Of a DNA stretch of 9,346 bases, positions 1 through 6,435 are shown one piece after another. Both the position numbers and the translations under genes were made by a program. Source of the stretch: a virus (Duplodnaviria > Heunggongvirae > Uroviricota > Caudoviricetes); IMG/VR virus record IMGVR_UViG_2778261360_000018; one strand, given 5' to 3'. The notes below the pieces were generated by a model. It was not told the origin of the DNA. It saw only the letters and a program-made list of their open reading frames with translations, and ran no database searches. Numbering within the stretch: position 1 is the stretch's first letter; the number at the start of each line of letters is the position of its first letter.

Positions 1-1251
1 GTGCTTACCGATACAAAATTAAAAAACCTCAAGCCGCAGGACAAACTGTACAAGGTCTCCGATCGTGACGGGCTGTATGTAGCTGTGCTTACGTCAGGCA
101 CGGTCTCGTTTCGCTATGACTACCGTATCAACGGTCGCCGCGAAACACTGGTAATCGGGCAGTATGGGCGTGACGGTATCAGCCTGGCAGAAGCGCGAGA
201 AGAACTGATTGCTGCAAAGAAGCTGCTTAAAGCAGGCCAGTCGCCGGCTGAGGCTAAACGTGACGGTATCAAAAAGATTCGTGGTGCCGAGACGTTTGCG
301 GTACATACCGACAGTTATATGAAACACGTCATCCTGGCTGACAGTACCCGCGCAATGAAGCAGGCGGTGATCGACCGTGACATACTTCCGGTTCTTGGCA
401 ACAAAATGATGGCTGAAATTACCACATCGATGGTTCGTGATTTGTGTGACCGGATTGTCGAACGCGGTGGTCGGGCAACAGCAGTACAGGCCAGGGAAAT
501 CATCAGCAGCGTATACCGTCACGCCAATGACCGTGGTCATGGTTTGTTTAATCCTGCGGCTGACATTAAACCTTCGTCTATCGCCATATTTAAACCACGA
601 GAGCGAACACTGACACCAGAAGAAATTGGCCTGTTCTTCCGCACGCTGGATGCCATTGGTGCTATGGGCACTATGAAAATGGCTTTAAAGCTGGTGCTTA
701 TCACTATGGTTCGTAAAGGCGAATTCACCAATGCAACGTGGGATGAAATAGATTTTAAAAAATGGACATGGACAATTCCTTCAGACCGCATGAAGGGAAG
801 CCGGGCGCACGTTATTTACCTGCCTAAACAGGCACAGGATATATTGGTTGGGTTGCAGATGTGCGCTGGTGGAAGTGAATATCTGGTTCCTGGTCGTTAC
901 AATTTCCGGAAGCCATTATCTAATGCCGCGCTGAACTCTCTGATCGACAGAACGGTGAAAATAATAAATGAAGATGGTGAGCATATTCAGGGCTTCACCG
1001 TACACGATATGCGCCGTACAGCCAGTACGTTGTTGCATGAGGCTGGTTATCCTTCAGACTGGATTGAAAAGGCTCTGGCACATGAGCAGAAAGGTGTGCG
1101 CGCCGTATATAACAAAGCGGAATACGCCAGACAGCGCGCCTACATGTTGCAGCAGTGGGCCGATATGATTGATTCCTGGATTAACGGGGAGCATACGGAT
1201 CTGATTCCGTTCTCCCCGTCGAAGTTTGAGAAGTGGATGGCGGGGGAATAA
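1..1251 (+). CDS. int: Tyrosine recombinase / phage integrase, P4-like family
   Basis: 416-aa ORF. N-terminus MLTDTKLKNLKP...GLYVAV...FRYDYR matches the arm-binding domain pattern of P4-like integrases; C-terminus HDMRRTASTLLHEAGY...AHEQKGVRAVYNKAEY fits the R...HxxR...Y catalytic signature. Start is GTG at base 1, so the true start and attachment site may lie just upstream, off-window. Confidence 0.9.
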   Translation: MLTDTKLKNLKPQDKLYKVSDRDGLYVAVLTSGTVSFRYDYRINGRRETLVIGQYGRDGISLAEAREELIAAKKLLKAGQSPAEAKRDGIKKIRGAETFAVHTDSYMKHVILADSTRAMKQAVIDRDILPVLGNKMMAEITTSMVRDLCDRIVERGGRATAVQAREIISSVYRHANDRGHGLFNPAADIKPSSIAIFKPRERTLTPEEIGLFFRTLDAIGAMGTMKMALKLVLITMVRKGEFTNATWDEIDFKKWTWTIPSDRMKGSRAHVIYLPKQAQDILVGLQMCAGGSEYLVPGRYNFRKPLSNAALNSLIDRTVKIINEDGEHIQGFTVHDMRRTASTLLHEAGYPSDWIEKALAHEQKGVRAVYNKAEYARQRAYMLQQWADMIDSWINGEHTDLIPFSPSKFEKWMAGE

Positions 1252-1254
1252 CGT

Positions 1255-1449
1255 TTAATAGTTCTGCTGATTTTCTTCCATCTTTGCTTCTGCTGCCAGT
1301 GATTCAATTTTGTTTTCGAATATTGCTGACAGCGTTGCAAATTCAGCATCAGTGACAGCGGGAATGGGAACAAACCGGATCCCGCTGTGTGCAAGCATGT
1401 TTGCAGTTTCAAGGCATTTCCTTAAATCTGCTGGTGATGCCCGGTTCAT
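1255..1449 (-). CDS. Hypothetical small protein (64 aa), last gene of the leftward operon
   Basis: ATG at 1449-1447 overlaps the methyltransferase stop (ATGA overlap, plus-strand tcat at 1446-1449), suggesting translational coupling. Translation MNRASPADLRKCLETANMLAHSG...EENQQNY. Stop lies 3 bp from the integrase stop (convergent). No family recognised. Confidence 0.5.
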   Translation of the reverse strand: MNRASPADLRKCLETANMLAHSGIRFVPIPAVTDAEFATLSAIFENKIESLAAEAKMEENQQNY

Positions 1450-2096
1450 GCTGCACGCTCCCGCCCCTGGTTGTCTGTTGGTGACAGCGGAGCATTGCTG
1501 AATGCATTTGTTAATCCGCCAATATCCAACGCGTATCCAGGGTGTAGTTGCACTGCCGGGTCTTCGCACTGATTACCCCAAACATCGAAGCCATGAGACG
1601 ACTGGCGGGCGAACAGTTCAATGCGAGAAACATCGCCTAACAATTGCACAAGTTTTTCACGAACGATATCTGGCTTTCTTGAATGCTCAAGCCGCGGTGC
1701 GGTAAATGACTGAACGATCCCTGCATTAATGCGCGTAGGTAGTTTTCCCTTTACCGCAAACAGGCAATCTTCACTATTGGCGCGAGTCATGTGTCCCATA
1801 CCCATAACCAGTTTATCTGGTTGTCGACTACCACATTTTATCCACGTGAATCCCTTCATGGTCATCAGACGGAATCCCCAGGCTTCAACAACTTTTAGTG
1901 CTTCTAGTGGTTGTGTTGGCACCCACCACATGGCCAACAGACAGTTTTCATCGGCCAAATCCCACACAGGAAGGCGGCAGATATCCAGCACACTCATAAC
2001 CGGATATTTAAAACCGGCACCGCGATTACCATCTGCGGCTTTGTCCCGGTATACCCAGGGGGGATCTGCATAGATTAGTGTGTATTTCTTAGTCAT
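1446..2096 (-). CDS. MT-A70 family N6-adenine DNA methyltransferase (orphan, no cognate nuclease seen)
   Basis: N-terminal MTKKYTLIYADPPW carries the DPPW catalytic motif typical of MT-A70-type adenine methyltransferases. ATG at 2096-2094 preferred over the upstream GTG at 2108 because of the GGGGTGG Shine-Dalgarno-like stretch just upstream. 216 aa. Confidence 0.8.
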   Translation of the reverse strand: MTKKYTLIYADPPWVYRDKAADGNRGAGFKYPVMSVLDICRLPVWDLADENCLLAMWWVPTQPLEALKVVEAWGFRLMTMKGFTWIKCGSRQPDKLVMGMGHMTRANSEDCLFAVKGKLPTRINAGIVQSFTAPRLEHSRKPDIVREKLVQLLGDVSRIELFARQSSHGFDVWGNQCEDPAVQLHPGYALDIGGLTNAFSNAPLSPTDNQGRERAA

Positions 2097-2340
2097 AAAC
2101 CACCCCACAACATCCTATGCCGCTATAGTCGCCACGGCGAAGGCCGTTACCTTTTGTGATACATTGGTCCCTGCGAACCGCGATCCTTGCACGCTCAACA
2201 TCACCAGAAGCAACATCCATACACTGAAGCCAAAGGTGAGCGGCAATGCGGAACTGCCCTTTTTTCTCTCTTTCAATCGCGCGTTTTTCGATCTCTATCG
2301 CCGCAGGAGTAACGGCGACAATCTTTGACGGACTGCGCAT
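2089..2340 (-). CDS. Hypothetical protein (about 83 aa; start uncertain)
   Basis: Minus-strand ORF 2089-2388, co-directional with the operon; stop overlaps the methyltransferase start by 8 nt. ATG at 2340 has an AAGG Shine-Dalgarno-like sequence 5 nt upstream; alternatives are ATG at 2355 and GTG at 2388. No family recognised. Confidence 0.4.
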   Translation of the reverse strand: MRSPSKIVAVTPAAIEIEKRAIEREKKGQFRIAAHLWLQCMDVASGDVERARIAVRRDQCITKGNGLRRGDYSGIGCCGVVYD

Positions 2341-2497
2341 TGAAACCTTGTTCATGTGATATTTTTCAAGTCGGCTTAACTTTCTCACTTAATCCAACCC
2401 TCTCTGAAAATTAATGCCAGCAGATAAAGCCATGCTGAAACAGAGGCCAGGAATAAGTACCATCCTGACCATTTGCTCCAGTGCCTTAGCAGCACAC

Positions 2498-2746
2498 TCA
2501 TGCAGCGTTGCTCACAGGACGATATACACGTTGCTGAACCGGAGGCTTTTTACCCTGGAACTCTGCCGGGCTTGCTGCCTGACGTTCATCAAGCCAACGC
2601 TCAACTTCGTCACGGTTCCATGCGCAGCGTTTGTCAGTGATATACCAGCGTTTAGGAAATTCACCTGCGCGCTCCATACGGTCGATAGTGCTCCATGACA
2701 GTGGCACCACCGCCAGGAGTTCCTTCTTACCTAATGCACCTTTCAT
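2498..2746 (-). CDS. AlpA-like HTH regulator / putative excisionase
   Basis: 82 aa; LAVVPLSWSTIDRMERAGEFPKRWYITDKRCAWNRDEVERWLDER resembles the AlpA/Xis family of small prophage HTH proteins. Shine-Dalgarno AGAGAGG 5 nt upstream of ATG 2746. Confidence 0.7.
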   Translation of the reverse strand: MKGALGKKELLAVVPLSWSTIDRMERAGEFPKRWYITDKRCAWNRDEVERWLDERQAASPAEFQGKKPPVQQRVYRPVSNAA

Positions 2747-2768
2747 AAATACCTCTCTTGGTTGCAGT

Positions 2769-2787
2769 GCGGCGCGCGTGGCGCCGC
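2769..2787. other. GC-rich perfect hairpin between the bet-like stop and the alpA-like start
   Basis: GCGGCGC-gcgtg-GCGCCGC: 7-bp all-GC stem with 5-nt loop. Not followed by a U-tract on the transcribed (minus) strand, so not a classic intrinsic terminator. Confidence 0.4.
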
Positions 2788-2795
2788 GGTGGTGG

Positions 2796-3677
2796 TTACA
2801 TAGATGTTTCGTTTAATTCTTCCCGGCGAACGCTGTAAACGTCGGTGGCTTTTGCCAGCAGTTCGTCATCATCTGAAAGTTTTTGTGCAATGTATTTGTA
2901 AGCCTTATCTAGTTCGGAGACAGTGCTGTAATTCATCGCTGCGCTGGTAAAGGCCATCAGCATTTCTTCTGGATCACGGCTATCCGCTTTACGCGTTTGC
3001 TCATCAGGCTTTTTCACTGTTTTAGCGTTGATCAGACTGTTCATTCCCGCAGCAGTGGTCGTTTGCGGAGTAATGTCTCGCTCAACGCGCGGTGCCGTTT
3101 CCTGTAATTCGTCTGGTGTGTAAACACCGAGAAGTACATCAGGAGCGTGCAGGCGAGCCCATCGTTTCGTGCAAAGATAGGCAAGCTGCTGGCGCGGATC
3201 CTGTTCCCACAATGGAGAGTTACGCACTCCGGCTTGCGCCATACTGATGGTAAGCTCACGTGGTTCTGCTTCTCCTTTAAGAACTGCTGACACAGTTACC
3301 GTCAGATTAGGTGATTTATCTGTTTTGCCGTTAACATTCGACCAGTCACCGCTCCAGCGATAATTCAGGCGTGTCGCCAGCAGGCTGGAAGAGGATACGA
3401 CCGCGTTTACCAACTGTGCTTCGTAGCCTAACGTTCCGTTTACCACATGCGTTTTCTGCGCCACGGCGAACGGGTTCATTCCCCACTGTGCCGCCTGCAT
3501 GGTCACCGCCAGGCAATCGGCAGGTTTGCCTTCAAGATGTTTCGGTACAGTTGCTTTGCTTTGTGACATCAACTCCGCGAAACGCACCAGTTGATTCATG
3601 CCCTCGGGGCTGAAGATTGCCGCAGCAGTGCCTACAGTTGCGCCTGGTTGTGATGTGATTGCGATATCATTGCTCAT
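2796..3677 (-). CDS. Single-strand annealing recombinase, RecT/Red-beta (Bet) family
   Basis: 293 aa. By recall of lambda Bet, shares short motifs: ERDITPQ (lambda ERDITPV), GMNPF (lambda GLNPW), WEQDPRQQL (lambda WQSHPKRML). Start overlaps the upstream exonuclease stop (ATGA at 3674-3677). Confidence 0.7.
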   Translation of the reverse strand: MSNDIAITSQPGATVGTAAAIFSPEGMNQLVRFAELMSQSKATVPKHLEGKPADCLAVTMQAAQWGMNPFAVAQKTHVVNGTLGYEAQLVNAVVSSSSLLATRLNYRWSGDWSNVNGKTDKSPNLTVTVSAVLKGEAEPRELTISMAQAGVRNSPLWEQDPRQQLAYLCTKRWARLHAPDVLLGVYTPDELQETAPRVERDITPQTTTAAGMNSLINAKTVKKPDEQTRKADSRDPEEMLMAFTSAAMNYSTVSELDKAYKYIAQKLSDDDELLAKATDVYSVRREELNETSM

Positions 3678-4495
3678 ACATACATATCCTGTTTACGTGC
3701 CCAGTCAGGGCGTTTAATAATTTCCACTCCGCCCCATTCATCGTTGATGCGGCATTCGTGATAGGTATTCAGATCCCGGCGGAACAGAGCGTGCCCGGCA
3801 TCGACATCCGGCGCATCCAGCTCGAACACGCGTACCGGATACCGACCACAATCAATGCTTTCGCTCACGGCAAGAAAGAAAAAACCATGCGGCTGACCAG
3901 TAACCCTCATTGCGCCTTCGCGGTACATTGCGTCCTGCACGTGGTAGCGGAATTCCTCGATGTGACGTGCAAAACGGTCCATATCTGCAACCTTTTTCAC
4001 GTCGACGATCACGTTGTGCTCGTTCAGCCATTTGTCTGGACGAATTCGGCACAACTCACCAGTCTCTTCATCGTTCCAGTACATTGACGCTTCGCAGTAA
4101 CCAGGTGCTTCCAACATCCAGCGTGCAGCCGGGTGAGCCATTGCGCTATCACGCATCAGCTCCAGTTTTCGCCACTGCTCGACATCAAGTACCGTAATAC
4201 CCATATCCGCCACATCACGAAGAAATGCTTCTTCGTCAGCTTTACCTTGTTTTGTCCGACGATCGAATTTCGGTGAAACGATGAAGCGCTTGTCGAATTC
4301 TCCAGGTTCCAGAAGCAGACAGTGCAATGCGGTTCCCATATCCAGTGCAGACTTTTTCTCTTCGTCTTCTGGTGCTGCCTGAACCCATTTAAGAAGCGCC
4401 GGATTCTTGGCAACCATGTCCAGTTGCGACTTACTCACGCCGTCACCGGCGTGGTAGTCTTCGTTGCTGATGTCGAAATAAATTCCCGGTTTCAT
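3674..4495 (-). CDS. PD-(D/E)XK-family exonuclease (RecE/exodeoxyribonuclease VIII-like, DUF3799-type), partner of the annealing protein
   Basis: 273 aa. N-terminal GIYFDISNEDYH, then D/E-rich blocks and IVDVKK resembling PD-(D/E)XK nuclease motifs. Coupled to both neighbours by ATGA overlaps (4492-4495 and 3674-3677). Shine-Dalgarno AGAGGGA upstream. Confidence 0.7.
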   Translation of the reverse strand: MKPGIYFDISNEDYHAGDGVSKSQLDMVAKNPALLKWVQAAPEDEEKKSALDMGTALHCLLLEPGEFDKRFIVSPKFDRRTKQGKADEEAFLRDVADMGITVLDVEQWRKLELMRDSAMAHPAARWMLEAPGYCEASMYWNDEETGELCRIRPDKWLNEHNVIVDVKKVADMDRFARHIEEFRYHVQDAMYREGAMRVTGQPHGFFFLAVSESIDCGRYPVRVFELDAPDVDAGHALFRRDLNTYHECRINDEWGGVEIIKRPDWARKQDMYV

Positions 4496-4791
4496 GCCGC
4501 GTCCCTCTGCCCATCAAGCTGATCAGCCAGATCCCAGCGGGCGATAATTGCCATTGCCTCTCGCCGGTAGGCATCCATCAGTTCTTCGAACTCAGGGCTG
4601 TCTTTAGCAGCCTCCAGTACTTCCTGACGAACGCCTTTGCCTGTTACAACGTCGAAAGTTGAGGCCAGTTGATGAAGCCGGATACTCTCAATCAGTTCAA
4701 CTTGTCGGTCATATAGCTGTTCTGACAGGCGGTAGTCCTTGTCGAATGCCAGCATGATTTTTTGAAGATTTTTCTGCTGATTAACGTTCAT
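4492..4791 (-). CDS. Hypothetical acidic protein (99 aa), early-left operon
   Basis: ATG at 4791 preceded by GGGAGGG; the track's longer 4806 start lacks this. MNVNQQKNLQKIM...PEFEELMDAYRREAM. No Arg-rich N-like motif. Faint resemblance to the lambda Gam C-terminus is speculative. Confidence 0.6.
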   Translation of the reverse strand: MNVNQQKNLQKIMLAFDKDYRLSEQLYDRQVELIESIRLHQLASTFDVVTGKGVRQEVLEAAKDSPEFEELMDAYRREAMAIIARWDLADQLDGQRDAA

Positions 4792-4793
4792 TA

Positions 4794-4946
4794 TCAGCCC
4801 TCCCATATCTCGTTATCGTTGGCCACATCGCGAGCTTCTTTGCTGACGAAAGCCCACTTAATGCCTTCCTGTAAGGTGCGGAACTTCCAGCTCATGAATC
4901 CGCATGCAGTAACGCAGTACCAACCGTTGATGATTTTCCACTGCAT
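4794..4946 (-). CDS. Hypothetical small protein (50 aa), first ORF after the pL-like promoter
   Basis: Below the 60-aa track cutoff; found by hand. ATG at 4946-4944 with GAGGT Shine-Dalgarno 8 nt upstream, stop TGA at 4796-4794. Translation MQWKIINGWYCVTACGFMSWKFRTLQEGIKWAFVSKEARDVANDNEIWEG has an aromatic/hydrophobic N-terminal half. Confidence 0.35.
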   Translation of the reverse strand: MQWKIINGWYCVTACGFMSWKFRTLQEGIKWAFVSKEARDVANDNEIWEG

Positions 4947-4952
4947 AACTTG

Positions 4953-5043
4953 TTACCTCGGTTTGTTACCGTTGAGGTAATAATTATGCGTATTTGGTTT
5001 GATGTCAATAGATATGAGTTAAAAAAATTACCCGTTAGGTAAT
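4953..5043 (-). promoter_or_regulatory. pL/OL-like leftward early promoter with two operator palindromes
   Basis: Minus-strand perfect -35 TTGACA (plus 5003-5008) with an AT-rich -10 candidate near 4980-4988. Palindromes gTTACC-gttga-GGTAAT (4965-4981, over -10/+1) and ATTACC-cgtta-GGTAAT (5027-5043, upstream of -35). Longer 7-bp arms TTACCTC/GAGGTAA at 4953-4959 and 4974-4980. Confidence 0.5.
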
Positions 5044-5050
5044 CGAATAG

Positions 5051-5079
5051 GCAATAAAAAAGCCGCCAGAAGGCGGCTT
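5051..5079 (-). terminator. Intrinsic terminator downstream of the repressor gene
   Basis: Stem AAGCCGCC / GGCGGCTT (5060-5067 / 5072-5079) with loop agaa; on the minus strand it is followed by TTTTATTGC (plus 5051-5059). Lies between the repressor stop (5100) and the pL-like promoter. Confidence 0.6.
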
Positions 5080-5099
5080 ACTTACTGAAAAATATGATT

Positions 5100-5684
5100 T
5101 TATTGTTTGTTTTTTTCGTTCTGGTTGATGACAAATTCAATGTAACTTTCGATCTTTGCCTTCTCTGTTTCAGGTAACAATGCGTAGCGCGAGCGATCAT
5201 AGTTGATGGTCGCAGGGTCGTGCGGGTGAATCAGTAATTCATAGCCGTGACGCCCGAATGCGGATGCAACATTCTCCAGGGTGGAAATGGAAACGCTGAC
5301 CTCATTGTTTAACAGGCGGCTGATTGTCACCTGGGCGACGCCGGATGCGCGGTGTAGTTTTCCCTGCGTTGAAAGGTCGCGGCTTTCGCTCATCCAGCGT
5401 TCCAGGTTGTGAGCCGCCAGCTGTCCAATGTCGCTTGGGCCGACAGGCTGAAAACCTTCCTGAGAAAGCGAGCGATCGATATCAAGCCAGTTACGGGGTT
5501 TATTGGCGGCAGCTTCAATTTTTCGCGCAACCTGGTCGCCGATAACCTTCTTGCCAAGAGCCCAGCGGTTTACCAGATTTGCCTGAGTTCCAAGTTTTTC
5601 TGCCATCCGCGTCTGAACACCATTGAATTCACGGTCGATCAAGTCGTTGAGATTTTGCCTGCGGACGTCCTGAATACTTTTCAT
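5100..5684 (-). CDS. Prophage immunity repressor, CI-like by position; two XRE-type HTH domains, no S24 peptidase domain
   Basis: 194 aa. HTH 1 about residues 20-65 (VQTRMAEKLGTQANLVNRWALGKKVIGDQVARKIEAA); HTH 2 about residues 105-150 (LSTQGKLHRASGVAQVTISRLLNNEVSVSISTLENVASAFG). No LexA/CI-type autocleavage module. Divergent from the cro-like gene across an operator-rich region; poor Shine-Dalgarno, as for lambda cI from PRM. Confidence 0.75.
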   Translation of the reverse strand: MKSIQDVRRQNLNDLIDREFNGVQTRMAEKLGTQANLVNRWALGKKVIGDQVARKIEAAANKPRNWLDIDRSLSQEGFQPVGPSDIGQLAAHNLERWMSESRDLSTQGKLHRASGVAQVTISRLLNNEVSVSISTLENVASAFGRHGYELLIHPHDPATINYDRSRYALLPETEKAKIESYIEFVINQNEKNKQ

Positions 5685-5738
5685 TTTCTGGAAAATCGCC
5701 TCATATATGAATCAGTAGATGATTCAATTTAAAGCAAT

Positions 5739-5813
5739 ATTACCCAACGGGTAAATGCACCCCATAGGTAACTATCCTTGATTTTTGTTACCTTATGGGT
5801 GAATATTTATTAT
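5739..5813. promoter_or_regulatory. OR-like divergent promoter/operator region between the repressor and cro-like gene
   Basis: Three related palindromes: ATTACC-caacg-GGTAAA (5739-5755), gcACC-ccata-GGTAAc (5757-5772), TTACC-ttatg-GGTgA (5788-5802). Candidate rightward promoter -35 TTGTTA (5785-5790), 17-nt spacer, -10 TATTAT (5808-5813). Confidence 0.5.
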
Positions 5814-5838
5814 CTGAAATAAATATCAGGCAATAGCT

Positions 5839-6069
5839 ATGAGCGATAACGGACATTTCGATTTCAAAAAGCACTGGCTTGCACTTACTCCGGATGAGCG
5901 TGAAGCCTTCGCACAGGAAGCCGGAACGACGAGTCACTATATCCAGACTCACTTAACAGGTAAGCGCAAAATGCCAGGTAAGGTATTGATGAATGGGCTT
6001 TTTAAAGCCTGTAAAACAAGACAATGGCTGCGCTCAAAAGCAGAACTGGCATACTTCTTCTACTCATGA
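5839..6069 (+). CDS. Cro/CII-like small HTH regulator, first gene of the rightward operon
   Basis: 76 aa. LTPDEREAFAQEAGTTSHYIQTHLTGKR is HTH-like. Sits where cro sits in lambda. Weak Shine-Dalgarno CAGG 8 nt upstream. Confidence 0.55.
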   Translation: MSDNGHFDFKKHWLALTPDEREAFAQEAGTTSHYIQTHLTGKRKMPGKVLMNGLFKACKTRQWLRSKAELAYFFYS

Positions 6070-6090
6070 TATCCAGCCACAACCCTCTGT

Positions 6091-6114
6091 AGACCGCCAT
6101 CCGGCGGTCTTTTC
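6091..6114 (+). terminator. tR1-like intrinsic terminator candidate after the cro-like gene
   Basis: Stem AGACCGCC / GGCGGTCT (6091-6098 / 6103-6110), loop atcc, followed by TTTC. The U-tract is short, so termination may be partial. Confidence 0.45.
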
Positions 6115-6219
6115 ATATCTATTCGCACCTTAAAGGTAATAAAAAACCAAATATGGTTGATCTTTTTTTTGTGTCAGCACAAAATAACCGTAATCCCAAT
6201 ACTAATAACAGGGCTTACC

Positions 6220-6420
6220 ATGGAAATCATTACACGTATTGATGCCGCAAAGCGCGGACTTAAACGCTACTACACCGGAAAAACATGTAAGCACGGACAT
6301 GACAGTGAACGCTGGGTTTACAACGGACACTGTGTTGAGTGCACCATGGAATCAAACCGTCGTATCAGGGCAGAGATTAAGCAGATCATGATTAATTCCT
6401 CCCCACAACATTCAAGCTGA
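6220..6420 (+). CDS. Small Cys/His-rich putative zinc-binding protein (66 aa), in the cII position
   Basis: MEIITRIDAAKRGLKRYYTGKTCKHGHDSERWVYNGHCVEC... with C-x-H-x-H-x9-H-C-x2-C spacing. ATG at 6220 chosen over the track's 6157 start, whose N-terminal extension is hydrophobic junk. Family not recognised. Confidence 0.5.
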   Translation: MEIITRIDAAKRGLKRYYTGKTCKHGHDSERWVYNGHCVECTMESNRRIRAEIKQIMINSSPQHSS

Positions 6421-6435
6421 TAGCGGAGATTAATC

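Noticed and set aside
865-872. Chi site GCTGGTGG
   Set aside because: A single occurrence inside the integrase gene is expected by chance in enterobacterial DNA and has no positional logic here.
94-1168. Track ORFs 94-540(-), 315-503(-), 537-791(-) and 968-1168(+) inside the integrase gene
   Set aside because: Antisense or out-of-frame within a well-supported 416-aa integrase; low-complexity translations with no domain signal.
1255-1569. Long 104-aa version of the minus-strand ORF (start at 1569)
   Set aside because: Its upstream 40 codons overlap the methyltransferase in another frame. The internal ATG at 1449 with an ATGA stop-start overlap is the more plausible start.
1310-2328. Plus-strand ORFs 1310-1501, 1502-1705, 1729-2073 and 2080-2328
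   Set aside because: They lie opposite the methyltransferase operon; translations are Cys/Arg-rich with no start signals. The minus-strand genes explain the region.
2414-2816. Plus-strand ORFs 2414-2698 and 2631-2816
   Set aside because: Antisense to the AlpA-like gene and the 3' end of the annealing gene; no ribosome-binding site and implausible composition.
3041-4522. ORFs 3041-3259(-), 3371-3613(+), 3659-4087(+), 3852-4052(-), 3910-4197(+), 4156-4413(-) and 4322-4522(+)
   Set aside because: All nested in or antisense to the exonuclease and annealing genes; translations are Arg/Pro/Cys-rich frame artefacts.
4762-4980. Plus-strand ORF 4762-4980 (72 aa)
   Set aside because: Antisense to the hand-called 50-aa ORF and runs through the promoter/operator region; no Shine-Dalgarno sequence.
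5324-5732. Plus-strand ORFs 5324-5545 and 5409-5732
   Set aside because: Antisense within the repressor gene, which has clear HTH domains on the minus strand.
6157-6219. N-terminal extension of the Cys/His-rich ORF (track start 6157)
   Set aside because: The extension MIFFLCQHKITVIPILITGLT is hydrophobic and AT-rich and sits in the promoter region; ATG 6220 with an upstream AGGG is preferred.
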